DNA from: Lama glama
Lineage: Eukaryota
Reading direction: 5' to 3'
DNA length: 64,000 bases
Assembly (NCBI GenBank): GCA_028534125.1
Contig: CM052816.1
Location: forward strand, 62,684,001 to 62,748,000
The notes beneath the pieces were generated by a model that ran no database searches, was not told where the DNA came from, and worked only from the letters and a program-made list of their open reading frames with translations. The stretch's first letter is position 1. Every line of letters begins with the position of its first letter. Positions 47,876 to 61,094 of this stretch are shown here, piece by piece. Position numbers and translations under genes: made by a program.

Positions 47876-50800
47876 TTTTTTTTTTTAATGGAAGTACAAT
47901 CAGTTACAATGTGTCAATTTCTGGTGTACAGCAATGTCCCAGTCATGTATGTGTGTGTGTATATATATATATATATATACATACATACATAAATTCATTT
48001 TCGTATTTTTTCATTAAAGATTATTACAAGATATTGAATAGTTCCCTGTGCTATACAGAAGAAACATTTTTATCCATTTTTATGTAAGTGGCAAACATTT
48101 GCAAATCTCAAACTCTCCAATTTTTCCCTTCCCACCCCCTTTCCCCCAGTAACCATAAGATTGTTTACTGTCTGTAACTATGTTTCTGTTTTGTAGATGA
48201 GTTCGTTAGTCTACTCTTTTTTCTTTTTTTCGATTCCACATATGAGTCATATGAGTGATACGGTGTTTTTCTTTCTCTTTCTGGCTTACTTCATTTAGAA
48301 TAATGATCTCTAGATCCATCCATGTTGCTGCAAATGGCATTATTTTACTATTTTTATGACTGAGTAATATACCATTGTATAAATATACCACCCCTTCTTT
48401 ATCTAGTTATCTGTCAATGGACATTGAGGTTGCTTCCATGTCTTCGCTATTGTATATAGTGCTGCTGTGAACATTGGGGTGCATGTATCTTTTTGAATTA
48501 AGGTTCTCTCTGAATATGTGCCCAGGAGTGGGATTCCTGGATCATAAGGTAAGTCTGCTTTTACTCTTTTGAGGAATCTCCATACTGTTTTCCATAATAG
48601 CTGCTTCAAAGTACATTCCAACCAACAGTGTAGGAGGGTTCCCTTTTCTTCACAGCCTCTCCAGCATTTATTGTTTGTGGATTTTTGAATCATGGCCATT
48701 CTGACTGGTGTGAGGTGATACCTCACTGTAGTTTTGATTTGAATTTCTCTGACAATTAGCGATACTGAGCATTTTTTCATGTGCCTATTGGCCATTTGTA
48801 TGTGTTCATTGGAGAATTGCTTGTTTAGGTCCTCTGCCCATATTTGGATTTGGTGGTTTGTTTTTATGTTGTTGTTGTAGTTATTAAGTTGTATGAGCTG
48901 TTTATATATTCTGGAAATTAAACCTTTGTCAATCACATTTTCTCCCATTCCATAGGTTGTCATTTTATTTTGCTTATGGGTTCCTTTGCTGTGCCAAAGC
49001 TTTAAAGTTTAATTAAGTCCCATTTGTTTATTTTGCTTTTATTTCTATTGCCTGGGTAGACTGCCCTAGGAGAACATTGCTAAGATTTATGTCACAGAAT
49101 GTTTTGCCCATGTTTTCTCCTAGGAGGTTTATCATGACTTATCTTACATTTAAGTCTTTAAGCCATTTTGAGTTTATTTTTGTGTATGGTGTAAAGGAGC
49201 ATTCTAACTTCATTGATGTTCATGCTGCTGTTCAGTTTTCTCAGCATCACTTACTGAAGAGACTATCTTTTCTCCATTGTATAGTCTTGTCTCCTTTGTC
49301 AAAGATTAATTGACCAAAAGTTTGTGGGTTTATTTCTGAGCTCCCTGTTCTGTTCCATTGTTTCATATGTCTTTTTATGCCAAGACTATGTTATTTTGAT
49401 TACTGTAGCTCTGTAGTATTGTCTGAAGTCTAGGAGGGTTATTCCTCCAGCTTTGTTCTTTTTTCTTCAATATTGCTTTGGCAGTTCTGAGTCTTTTGTG
49501 ATTTCATATGAATTTTAGGATTGATTGTTCTAGTTCGGTGAAAAATGTCCTGGATAGTTTGATAGGGATTGCATTAAATCTGTAGATTGCCTTGGGCAGT
49601 ATGGCCAGTTTAACAATATTGATTCTTCCAGTCCAAGAGCATAGGAATTCTTTCCATTTCTTTAAATCATCTTTAATTTCCTTAATCAATGTATTGTAGT
49701 TCTTCATGTATAATTCTTTCATCTCCTTGCTCAAATTTATTCCTAAGTATTATTTTTTGGATGTGATTTTTAAAGGGACTGTTTCTTTACTTTCTTTTCC
49801 TGTTAATTCATTTTTAGTGTAAAGTAATGCAAATTATTTCTGTATGCTAACCTTGTATACTGCTATCTTGCCGAATTCTTTTATCAACACCAGTAGTTTT
49901 TGTCTGAAGCTTTTAGGGTTTTCCATATATAGTATTATGTCATCTACATATAATGACATTTTTACTTCTTCTCTTCTAATTTGGGACCCTTTAATTTCTT
50001 TTTCTTGCCAGATTCCTGTGGCTAGGACTTCCAAGACTATGTTGAATAGAAGTGGTAAAAGTGGGCATCCTTGTCTTGTTACAGATTTTAGTAGAAAGGC
50101 TTTCAGTTTTTCACCACTGAGTATTTTGCTGGCTGTGGGTTTGTCATAAATAGCTTTTATTTTGTTGAGATATGTTCCCTCTATACCCACTTTGGTGAGA
50201 CTTTTTATCATAAATGGATGTTGAATTTTATCAAATGCTTTTTCTGCATCGATTGAGATGATCATGTGATTTTTGCCCTTCCTCTTGTTGATGTGGTGTA
50301 TCAACTGATTGATTTGCGTATATGTTAAACCAACTTTGCGTATGATGAACCCAACTTTATCATGATGTATGACCTTTTTTATGTACTGTTCTTGGTTTGA
50401 TTGATTTTTTTTCTATTTTTTAAATCTTTATTTATTTCCTCCCTGATCTTTATTATTTTCTTCCTGCTACTGACTTTAGGTTTTGTTTGCTCTTCCTTTT
50501 CTAATTCTTTTAGGTGATAGGTTAGGTTATTTACTTGAGATTCTTCTTGTTTTTTGAGGAAGGCCTGTATTGTTATGAATTTCACTCTTAGGACTGCTTT
50601 TGCTGCATCCCATAGACATTGTATGCTTGTGTTTTCATTGGCATTTGTCTCAAAGTATTTTTTAGCTTATTCTTTGATTTCATCATTGACCCATTTGGTT
50701 TTTTAGTAGCATATTGTTTAATCTCCATGCTGTCATTTTTTTCACCTTTGTTTTTCTGTGGTTGATTTCTAGTTTCATGGCATTGTGGTCAAAAAGATGC

Positions 50801-52665
50801 TTGAAATAATTTCTATCCTCTTAAATTTGTCATGGCTTCTTCTGTGCCCAAGTATATGATCTATTCGAGAGAATATTCCATGCACACTTGAAAAGAATGT
50901 ATGTTCTGTTTTGGGGGGATATAATGTCCTAATAATATCAACCAAGTCCAACTGTTCTATTGTGTCATTTAGTATCTCCATTGCCTTATTGATTTTCTTT
51001 TGAAAGATCTTTCCAATGGTGTTAATGAAGTGTTAAAGTCTCCTACTATAATTGTACTCCCATCAATTTCTCCCTTTGTGTCTGTTAGTATTTGCTTTAT
51101 GTATTTAGGTGCTCCTATATTGCGTGCATATATGTTAATGAGTGTAATATCCTCATCTTGTATTGCTCTTTAATCATTATATAGTGTCCTTTTTTATCTG
51201 TTTATGGCCTTTGTTTTAAGGTCTGTTTTGTCTGAAATCAGTATTGCTACTCTTGCTTTCTTGTCATTTCCATTTGTATGAAATATCTTTTTCCATCCTC
51301 TCACTTTCAATCTGTGTGCTCTTCATCCTAAAGTGGGTCTCTTGCATGCAGCATATTCTATGTTTTTGTTTTATTATCCAATCTGCCACTCTGTGTCTTT
51401 TGTTTGGAGCATTTAGTTCATTGACAATTACAATAATTATTGATAGATGTGTGTTTACTGCCATTTTAAACTTAGTTTTCCAATTGATGTGGTATTTCAT
51501 CTTTGCTTCCTTTTTATTTGTCTCTTTGTGGATTGATAATTTCCTTTTGTATTATCTTGGTTTCTTTTTGGCTTTTGTGACTATTATATGCTTTTGATTT
51601 GTGGTTATCCTTTTCAAGTGTATTAACCCATTACTATATCTGTTTGCTTTAGACTGATAGTCATATAAGCTCAAACACACACTAAAGAGAATGAAAAAGG
51701 AAAAAAAATCTGTATTTCCTTGCTCCCCTCTCCCGCCTTTGATGATTTTGATGTCCTCTTTTACATCTTCATGTTTATTCTGTTGCAACTCATTGTCATT
51801 ATCTCATTTCCAATTAAGCTTTTTCACTTTCTGTAGTGTTCTGCTTCTTTTCTATTCAGAGCAGACCTTTCAATATTTTTTTTTAGCTAGGTAGACCTTT
51901 CAATTTTTTTTTTTTTCGATAGGTTTAGTATTGCTGAATTCTTTCAGTTTTTGCTTGTCTGTGAAATTCTTTGTCTGTTTTTTCTATTCTAAAGGATAGT
52001 CTTGTGGATAGATTATCCTAGGTTGCAGGTTTTTCTCATTCAGAACTTTGACTATATCTTGTCACTCCCTTCTGGCCTGCAATGTTTGTGTTGAGAAATG
52101 AGCTGAAAGTCTTATGGGAGTTCCCTTGTAACTAACTCTTTGTTTTTCTCTTGCTACTGTTAGAATCATTTTGTTATCTTTAACTTTGGCCATCTTCATT
52201 GTAATATGTCTTATAGTGTAGGTCTATTTGTATTCTTACTGGGGACTCTCTGTGCTTCCTGTACTTGGATATCTTATTCCTTCTTTAGGTTTGAAAAGTT
52301 TTCAGTCATGATTTCTTCAAATACCTTTTCAGTTATCTTTGCTCTTTCTTCTCCTTCTGGGACCCCTGTTATGCATAGGTTGGGATGCTTTGTATTATCC
52401 CAAAGGTCCCTTATATTGCTTTCACTAGTTTCACTTGCTTTGCTGTCTGTTGTTCTGATTGGGTGATTTCTATTCTCCTGTCTTATAAGTCACTTATTTC
52501 TCCCTCTGCATTGTCTAGTCTGCTTTTGACTGCCTTTAGCTCGACTCTTATCTCAGACATTGGAGTTTCTGTTTTTAATTGGCTCCTCTTTATAATTTCT
52601 ACTTCCTTTTTATAGTAGTCTGCATGTTTATTTAGTCTCTCTTATTTCCTTTAGTGCTTTTATCA
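47876..52665 (-). mobile_element. Younger LINE-1 (part of ORF1, ORF2, 3'UTR) nested in the older L1; frameshifted, non-functional
   Basis: EN 'VNELNAPNKRHRVADWI...QETHF' (51264-51500) and 'FSRIDHILGH' (50775-50981). RT '[17 protein letters not shown]...TRQGCPL...LYVDDIILY' (49834-50304). C-terminus '[18 protein letters not shown]' (48403-48963). Decayed TSD tctcctctttc (47865-47875) / tcccctttttc (52666-52676). Confidence 0.95.
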
Positions 52666-52793
52666 TCCCCTTTTTCATTCCTGATTTTATTTGACTCTTT
52701 TCTCTTTTTTTCTTACTTAGTCTAGCTAAAATGTTTTGTCAATTTCATTTATTTTTTGAAAAAATCAGCTCTGAATTACACTGATCTTTTCTG

Positions 52794-53075
52794 TTTTTAT
52801 CGAAGTATAGTCAATTTACAATGTTGTGTTAATTTCTGGTGTACACCATAATGATTAATTGTTGTATATATATACATATACATATATATTCCTTTTCATA
52901 TTCTTTTTCTTACAGGCTGTTACAAAGTATTGAATATAGTTCCCTTTGCTATAAAGTAGAACCTCGCTGGTTATCTTTTTTATATATAGTGGTTAGTATC
53001 CACAAATCCCGAGCTCCCAATTTATCTCTCCCCACTCTGTTCCCCACTATGGTAACCATAAGTTTGTTTCCTATG
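52794..53075 (-). mobile_element. Short younger L1 3' end nested in the older L1
   Basis: 'gaagtatagtcaatttacaatgttgtgttaatttctggtgtaca...ggtaaccataagtttgtttcctatg', flanked by tcttttctgt / tcttttctat. Confidence 0.85.
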
Positions 53076-53559
53076 TCTTTTCTATAGTTTCCTTACTCTC
53101 TACTTCATTTAGTTCCACTCTGGATCTTTATTACTTTCTTCCTTCTGCTAACTTTGGGCTTAGTTTGTTTTTCTTTTTCTAGGTCCATAAGGTATAAATT
53201 TAGATTGGTTATTTGAAATCTTTCTGTTTTCTTAATATATGCATTTATTGCCATACACGGTCTTCTAAGAATTGCTTTTGTGCCATCCCATAGGTTTTGA
53301 TTAGTTGTGTTTCAGTTTTCATTTGTTTCAGTATTGTCTTTTATTTCTCTTTTGATGGCTTCTTTGATCCATTGATTGTTCAGAAGTGTGTTGTTTAGTT
53401 TCCACATGTTTGTACATTTTCTGGCTTTCCTCTTGTTGATTTCTAGTTTTATACCACTGTGGTTGGAAGAGATACCTGGTATGATTTTAGTCTTCTTGAT
53501 TTTGCTAAGGATTGTTTAATGGCTTAACATGTGATCTGTCACAGAGAATGTTAAAATTT

Positions 53560-55735
53560 TACCTAGTAAGTGCCTAAGAAGGTTTAAGTATCTCTCTCAT
53601 AGCTTTAGTTGTGCCCCACATGTTTTGATGTATTGTATTTTCCTTATCACTTAGTACAAAATACTTTCTAAGTTTCCTCATGATTTCTTCTCTGTTAATA
53701 AGCTATTTAGAAGTGTTAGGTGTTTATTTTAAATATTTGGAAACTTTCTAGCTAATTGTAATTTTTTCAAACTTATTTTCATTGTGTTCAGATAACATGC
53801 TTTTCCCATTGTGTATACTTCAAGGCTTTTGAAATTCAATACTTGTTTTGGTTAATGTTTGAATGTCTCCCCTATTTTCAATCATCCATCTTCATCCCTA
53901 TATTTAAAATATTTCTAATAAATAGTGTATAATTTTGTTTAATCAAATACGACATTTACCTTTAATTGCAGTATTTAATCTGTTTATATTTAATATAATT
54001 ACTGCTATTTTTCTGTCTAAATCTGTTTTGCTATTCTATATTCCTATATTTTATTACTTATTTTTAATTAAATGTATTTTTATATCATTTTCTATTAGCC
54101 TATAACAGGATCATAATTTATGGTTTCCATGCCAATACAAGGACCTTAGAACACTTAATTTCCATGCCAATACAAGGATCTTAGAACACTTAATTCCAAC
54201 TACTTTCCTTTAAACTTTTGTGTCAAGATATTATTGGCTTTTATCATCAACATTTATTCAAATTTACCCACTTTTTTTTTTTTGTTATTTTCTTCATCTT
54301 TCCTACCTGGTTGGAGTATACATAGTGGTTTTTTGTGTATATAAATATTTTTTTCTCTTTTTCTTGCTTTTTCTTGCCCTCCTCTCCTTCCCTACATCCC
54401 TTCTTCCCTCATTTCTTTTTCTTTCTTAAACTTTAGTATTTCAGTTTTTCTAGTTCTTCTGTTGTTAAATACTCTTTTATCTTTTATAATATATTTTTAT
54501 ATCTGACACTTTTATGAATGGTACTTTTGCTGCATGTAGAATTCTGAGTTGCCAGTTATTTTTATTGGCACTTTAAAAAATCATTCCATTCTCAACTGGG
54601 CTTTCATCATTTCTTCTCAGAAGATAGCTGTAATTCTTATGGTTCACTTTGGGAAAAAAATATCAGGTGCCTCTGCCTACCTGTAAGATTTTCTCTTTGG
54701 TTTCAGTTTTAATAACTTTACTTTGAAGTAGCTAAATGTGGCCTTGTTTATTTGCTTTTAGATTGGGCTTCATTGGTGGTTCTTCTTGAATCTGTGGCTT
54801 GGTATATTGGAAATTTATCTTCTAGTATCTTAACTATTATTTCTTTCTTTCTCCCTTATCTCCTTCAGGGATTGCAGTTAAACCTCACAGGTCTCCTCTA
54901 ATTGTTTCCTTTTTGTCTCTTAGGATCTTTGCTGAAGATTTTTTTTCTTTACGCTACTTTATAGTTTGTTCTGACCTGACTTCCATGTTACTACCTTTCT
55001 GTTTAACTGCTATTAAACCAATATATATGATTCTTAATTTTAGTTAAATAATTTAGTCATATAAATTTCCTTTTGATTTTTTTGTAGGTTCAAGTTTTCT
55101 ATTGAAATTCTCCAATTCATCTAATCTCTTACGAGATTATTGAAAGATCATTGAAAATCTGAGTCTGATACCTCCAATACCTACCCAAATCTCCTGAGTC
55201 TTCCTACATCCTTTTTTATTTCTGTTGATGTTTGTTCCCTTCTCTACATTTTGCATTTCTGATTTTTTATTAAATAAAAGGCCTTTACATAAAAATTTTT
55301 GGAGAAAATTTGAGGCTATATATAATGTTAAATTCCTCAGAGCAGATTTATATTTTTGTAGAAGGGTATTTAGGAATAGAGAAAATCATTTTAATCCAAG
55401 TATTTCAATACCCAAATATCAACATGCTTTTGTTCCTAACATACAGATCTTTGGGAATCCCAACTGAATGATTGCCATTTAGAGATCCTTTCCTTCTTGG
55501 CACATCTAGATCTTCGGTTTTTATTTGCACAGTCTTGTGTGATTGCTAAATGATCTGTTCAACTTGCAAGCATCTTGGACTGGATCAAATGTTAATTTCA
55601 ACTCTCTGCATTTCCCTTCTGTCTGGCTTTCCAGTTCCTTCAAACAGTTGCTTTACACCTTTTAGTCATGTTTTATCATTATTTTTGTGGAAAGGTTGGT
55701 CTGACATAAACTAATCTATTATAATCATAAGTAGG
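53560..55735 (-). mobile_element. Ancient L1 (L1ME-like) 5' part: decayed EN, ORF1 and 5'UTR
   Basis: 'tgtagaattctgagttgccagttattttt...ttccatt', 'cttcttgaatctgtgg', and a 5' end 'gaaaggttggtctg'. Confidence 0.7.
54124..54198. repeat. 35-bp tandem duplication (one mismatch)
   Basis: ttccatgccaatacaagga(c/t)cttagaacacttaat occurs twice, at 54125 and 54160. Confidence 0.95.
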
Positions 55736-57109
55736 CATCTCATACTCAGTTGTCAATCAGAAGAAACCATCTTGGAACACACCTCACTTTTTTGTCATGT
55801 GACATCACATAACACCTTTGTTTTCCCTGCACACAATTCCAATGTGCTATCTTTCTTTAGGTATTATTTTTGTGTTCATACTCTCATTTATCTTAATCAA
55901 TTATAGATCATTTTTGGAATAACGTTCTAGAGTCCCAGTGGTTTTTAAGACCTATTTAAGATATAAGTATGTTTTATATGTCTTAAATATAATGTGTAGT
56001 CTATTTATTTTTTCTTAGGCAGAGTATAAAACAAGTTTATCATAATATTTTTATGCACAGATGTAATGCGTTTTCCTTTTCAATTGTATCAACATTATTT
56101 TCCAAAGAAATTTATATTTGCTTTCAAAAAGATCTAAATAGCTTTCAAATTGGAAAGACTACTCATATATCAGATTCTTCTTATTGTCCTAGCCCACTTT
56201 TCTTGGTTTTCTACATAAATTATTCACTCTCAACAAAATGATAAAAGTTAACCACTTTTAAATGTATTTTTGTACATTGGAAATACTGTATCCGTGCCTT
56301 GGCTTATGCCATTACTTTTTGGAGTACATTTCACTTCTGCCATTTCTCATTGAAATGCTGTGTGTTGGAAAAGAATCAGCTTAAATGGTATAACCCTATG
56401 ATGGCTGTTATGTATTACTTAAACCCACTTTGAAAGAAAGAAATAATCTATGATTCTGTGTAATTTGAATAATTTTTTGGCCTAACATGTCTATGTAATA
56501 TGCATTAATTTTGTAACATAGTGTTTTGCCTCATAGCTATTATCTCTGCTATTTCACACATTATTTAAATCCTCTTAAAAATGGGAAACTTGTCCTAAAT
56601 ACTTTGCATTCCCCATCACTTTACTGCTTTGTATATAGCAGCTATTCATTTATTATAAAATAAAATTATGAGAGCTAGAGATATTTAAAATTAGATGCTG
56701 CAAATACTATGACTACATTGATTATTTTTTATTTCGTATATCTAACACAGAATTATACACATTTTTAGGAACTCTTTGTAAAAATTCAGGAAATAATTCT
56801 ACAACATAAAGCAAGTACAACTACTTCAAATACAAAAATATAAACAGCATGAAACATCACTCATATTATATATTCTTGGATTCTCAGCATTTTAATGAAA
56901 CTATATAATACTCTTACCAGAATTTTGATCACAATCAATTTTAAAAGCCATCTTCCTTTTTTTTTTTATTTTTGGTTGGTTGTTTTTGTTATTATTTCTC
57001 ATTTCTCCCCACTCACATCAGTCATTTGAAAGGCGGAAACTAAAAACTTTACTGGAAACACTTGAGCTTTAATGATAGTCTACTGGAAGAACTTCTCTGA
57101 GGCTATAAA

Positions 57110-57670
57110 ATCTGTTTGACATTTTATAAGAGTAATATTTTAAAGGTTCAAACTGTTATCTCTGAAAATTTACAATATGCATCAGATGGTAGAAATAAGC
57201 AAGGCTGTACAACGTCATGGCTTGACAATCATTAATTTTTAATGACAGCCCATTTTTAGTTTTAATAGTACTCATTTTTGTAAACAGAACAATCAGTCCT
57301 ATCAAGGACATATGACCAAAGGCAAAAGACCTATTCTAACAAAGCTAGAAAACAGCATCTATGTCATGCAAGCCATTTCTTTTTGTTGACATGATATTGG
57401 CTGATGGAGTCTTGCTAAACATCACAGATCCCATTTTATTTTTACAAGTTTTCTCACCTGTCAATATTCAGTCAACCTGGTATTTGTTTAAACATTCCAT
57501 GTTCTTTCTGCAACTTAGAGTGGAACCAGTTATAAAAATTCAGCAGATTTTAGCTGACAGTTTTACCACTGAAACATGGTGCAGAAGGAAACCCAGCTTT
57601 CTCTTCCCCAGGTGCACTTGCCCTGTCATGCCAGAAGGAGTGTAAAATAATATATGATTGTCAGTTACAG
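57110..57670. promoter_or_regulatory. Candidate developmental enhancer (TALE/FOX/SOX motif cluster) in repeat-free DNA
   Basis: Nine TGACA/TGTCA cores, four of them full TGACAG/CTGTCA, plus GTAAACA next to AACAAT. Motif evidence only. Confidence 0.35.
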
Positions 57671-58129
57671 AAGCAAATAGAATTCAGACATACCCACAGG
57701 GAAGAAAAAGTTGACTGTGCAGTAAGACTATTTTTATAATTACATTTTTAACTATAAAAATTCTTCACTAAAAGTAAGGAGAGCAGCTTGGGGAGTCATT
57801 GGACTATAAAAAGTGCAGATTTATTCATTACAAAAGCAGTAGGGTGGTTTATTAAAAACTTATAGTAAAAGTAGCTTTAGGAAGGCTGAAGAATAAATTT
57901 GCTCCTCTAGGTAATCCGAAAATCTTTTGAAAATTCTTTTATAAGATAATTAATCCCATTTATGTTAATTATTATGGTCAAGATGTTTGATCTCAGTTTA
58001 CATATACACATACACATTCATTATGTCATCTTTCTCCCTCGATATTCTCTAATTGTGTTTTGTTTTTATAATACCCATAATCTTATTTACAAATACAATA
58101 ACATTGAAATAAACCAACTTTTCTTTTCT

Positions 58130-59230
58130 TTCCTAGAATTAAATTTACAGTAATATCTTTTAATTTCAATTAATTCTTATAAAGTACCTGTTTAAAGTAT
58201 ACAATTTAATGAATTTTGAGAGTTGTTCAACTGCTGAAGACACAATCCCAATTAAGACATTTCAATCACCTCAGATAGAGTCTCTGTGCCCCTTTGCAGT
58301 ACATCCTTTCTTTTGCCCCTGGAAACCGCTCATCGGCCTCTGTATGTCCCCATATACTAGTTTGTATATTCTAGGATTTAATATAAAAGGGATACTACAG
58401 CATTTACTCTTTTAATCTGGCTTCTTTTTACCTAGCATAAATAATTTGAGATTCATCTATATGCTTGTATGCATCAGTCATCCATTGGCTTTTATTGCTA
58501 ATTATTTCATTGTATTTTTGTTTTGTTTATCCAGTCACCTACTAATGGACATTTGAGTTGTTTCTATTTTTTATTGTTATAAATAAAACTCATAAATATT
58601 CATGTATGAATCTCTCTGTGTATGTACATGTTTTTATTTCCATTGCATAATATATTTTATTTCCATTGCATAATAGATGGCTGAGTTATATGCTAAATGA
58701 AATATTTCAATTTTCACAAAATTGCCAAATGATTTTCCAAAAGGGTTGGACCATTTTCTGTTTCCTCCAGCAGTATATGAGTTCTGGTTTCTCCACATCT
58801 TGACCAGAACTTCATATTGTGAATTAAAAATTCAGCTATTCTAACGACTCTGTGATATTATCTCATGATAGTTTTCATGTGCATTTCCGTGATGCTAATG
58901 ATGTTTTGCATCTTTTCATGTATTTATTTGCCATCTGTAGATTTACTTTGTGAAAATCCCTTCAAATCTTTTGCCCATTTTTATTGTTGTTTGTCTTATT
59001 AAGTGGTAAGTTTTTTTTCAATAGTCTGGATATAAGCCCATGATCAGATGTATGCACTGTGAATATTACCTTCAAGTCTGACTTGCATTTGTTTCCTTAA
59101 TCAAGTATTTCAAAGACTAAATTGTTTTAAATTTGATAAAACCGATTTTTTTTCTAAAATCATAGTCTTTATTCCGTTACAGTTTTTGTTTTTAGTGTCC
59201 TAGTGAATCTTTTCCAGGCCAAAGTCCTTA
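58130..59230 (-). mobile_element. Old LINE-1 3' region (L1MB/L1MC-like)
   Basis: 'tttaaagtatacaatttaatgaattttga', 'aatggacatttgagttgtttc', 'gttggaccattttctgtttcctccagcagtatatgag', 'tttgcccatttt'. Confidence 0.85.
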
Positions 59231-61094
59231 ATTGGCCTGCTTTTGTTTACGTTTCAGTGTCCCCTGGTTGTTTCTTTTAGCATTTTGTCTGGGACTTCCG
59301 GTGGTAATTATTGGTAGGCATAGGCTAGGTGGGTTCACTCCATCTTGGGTGTTTATCTTCTAATAGCGTTTTTGAGACATCATAAACAAGTGAGAAAGAA
59401 ATCTACCCTTGCATAATTGAGGTCACCCTGCTAGAAAGAATAGCACTTAAAGATGTTTTGGAAGTGTCTGAGAATACTTTGATTGTATGGAAAGCAGCAC
59501 ATAATAAAGGTACAGATTTGGACTTTTTAAAAATAAGGTCTCCCTTTTCCTTGTTGCCTGAATTATTTCCTGGTAATACATGACATCTAAATAGAGCTTA
59601 TTTTTTACTTCTGGTCACAATACTAGTATAAAATTCTATAGTCTAGGCTACTTTGCATGTCATATTTCTTTATGTATTCTTTGTCTTATATTACATCCAG
59701 TGCCTTACATCCAGTGCTCAGAGATTGCAGGGTAGGGAGAAGATGGATAATGCTGTTCCCATTTAGAGTAGCATCTCAGCACTGGGGTTGCCATACAATC
59801 CAGACTTTTTTTTTAAGGAGAGCAAGAACAGTGCCTACCTCTAGCAATGGGGCATGGTTGCCATTTGAAATGAAACTCAGACATCTGTTCAAGAATCTAC
59901 CTCATTCCAGGGCAGAGACCCTTCTTTTAAAATAGAAGAGTTTCATGTGGGTGAATGACAGTCTTTAGGCACTGTATTTCATGTTTCAGGGACATCAATC
60001 CATAAAAAATTGATCTCTTGATCATCATTTTTGATGTAACAAGTATAGGTTTCATAAGAATGTCTTTTTAAGAATGCAAAATGTGGAGTCTTGCTCAATA
60101 TTTCCTGTGTGTGTGTGTGTGTGAATTTTGTTACTGTGCCACACAGTGGAAGGATGATAATGATGACAATGACTATCTGATCAGTTTTCTAGTGCATCAC
60201 TTTGCCTACTACACAAAATGTTCACACGTTTCTGGAAAACAAATTGTTGATCTCAGCCTACACTAGTTTTGTTTGAAAGGAAACAAGGGCAAGTGTAGTA
60301 AATCCTTCCAAATATTTCAAATATTAAAATTAAAAGTTACTACTTATAAATTTTATTTTATTACTGAGAGGCTCAAAAATATACCACATATATTACTTTT
60401 GTTTCAAGCCATTTTTAAGCTAATAAGAATTCTATATGGGATGGTAACAGAATTTCCAAATAATGACATTTGATTGTTTTTATTGAAGAGTTTAGGGGCT
60501 GAGAAAATAAATAAAAATATAAATCTCATAATACCTTTCTTGATCATGAAAAATACTGAAACTATCCTCTTTTGGTCATGATACTCATGAGTAATACTTC
60601 TTTTCTTCCCTGATGAAAATCAGTGTAATAACCCAGACTGGCAGTCAAGTGTTTCACAATCTCTGTTTTTGATTTTTATCTTCACAAGCAAGAAGAGACA
60701 GGTTGTTTTCCAGATGGCAGACCTCCACAAATGCCACAATGTAGTTGGATTAAAAAAATGAATATGTAATGAATTCTTTTGCAGGTACCAGTATTATTCC
60801 AATCAAAGCAGGTATTTCATATACCTATATGATAAGAAATTCTAAAGCAATGATAATTAAAGTGACCCCAAGCCACATAAGTACTTTTCTGCTAAATTTT
60901 CATTTTTAAAGTGGCCAAGATTTGCCTCTTATTATCTGTTTTTCAGTGTTGTAGAGAAAGTATCTTGCAGAACGCATGGTTTTTATATCCTTCATTATTA
61001 TCTTCTGTACTTTCTCCTTACCTGGCCCACTGGGTAAAGGAAAAGAAAGATTCCTAGAATGACACTGGAGTGATCCCTACCTTTCCCCTTCTAA

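Larger units (their letters stand above)
44895..53550 (-). mobile_element. Older LINE-1 (3'UTR plus ORF2 to the endonuclease), host of two nested L1 insertions
   Basis: ORF2 peptides 45720-45995 'STEWEKIF', 46291-46563 'PDLKLYYKAIVIKTVWY' and 47521-47736 'GPDGFTGEFYQTFKE'. The sequence breaks at 47875, resumes at 52666, and resumes again at 53076. Confidence 0.92.

Noticed and set aside
48403..51500. ORFs with reverse transcriptase, endonuclease and Cys-rich motifs as a novel RT system
   Set aside because: They are ordinary LINE-1 ORF2 pieces broken by stops, frameshifts and a deletion.
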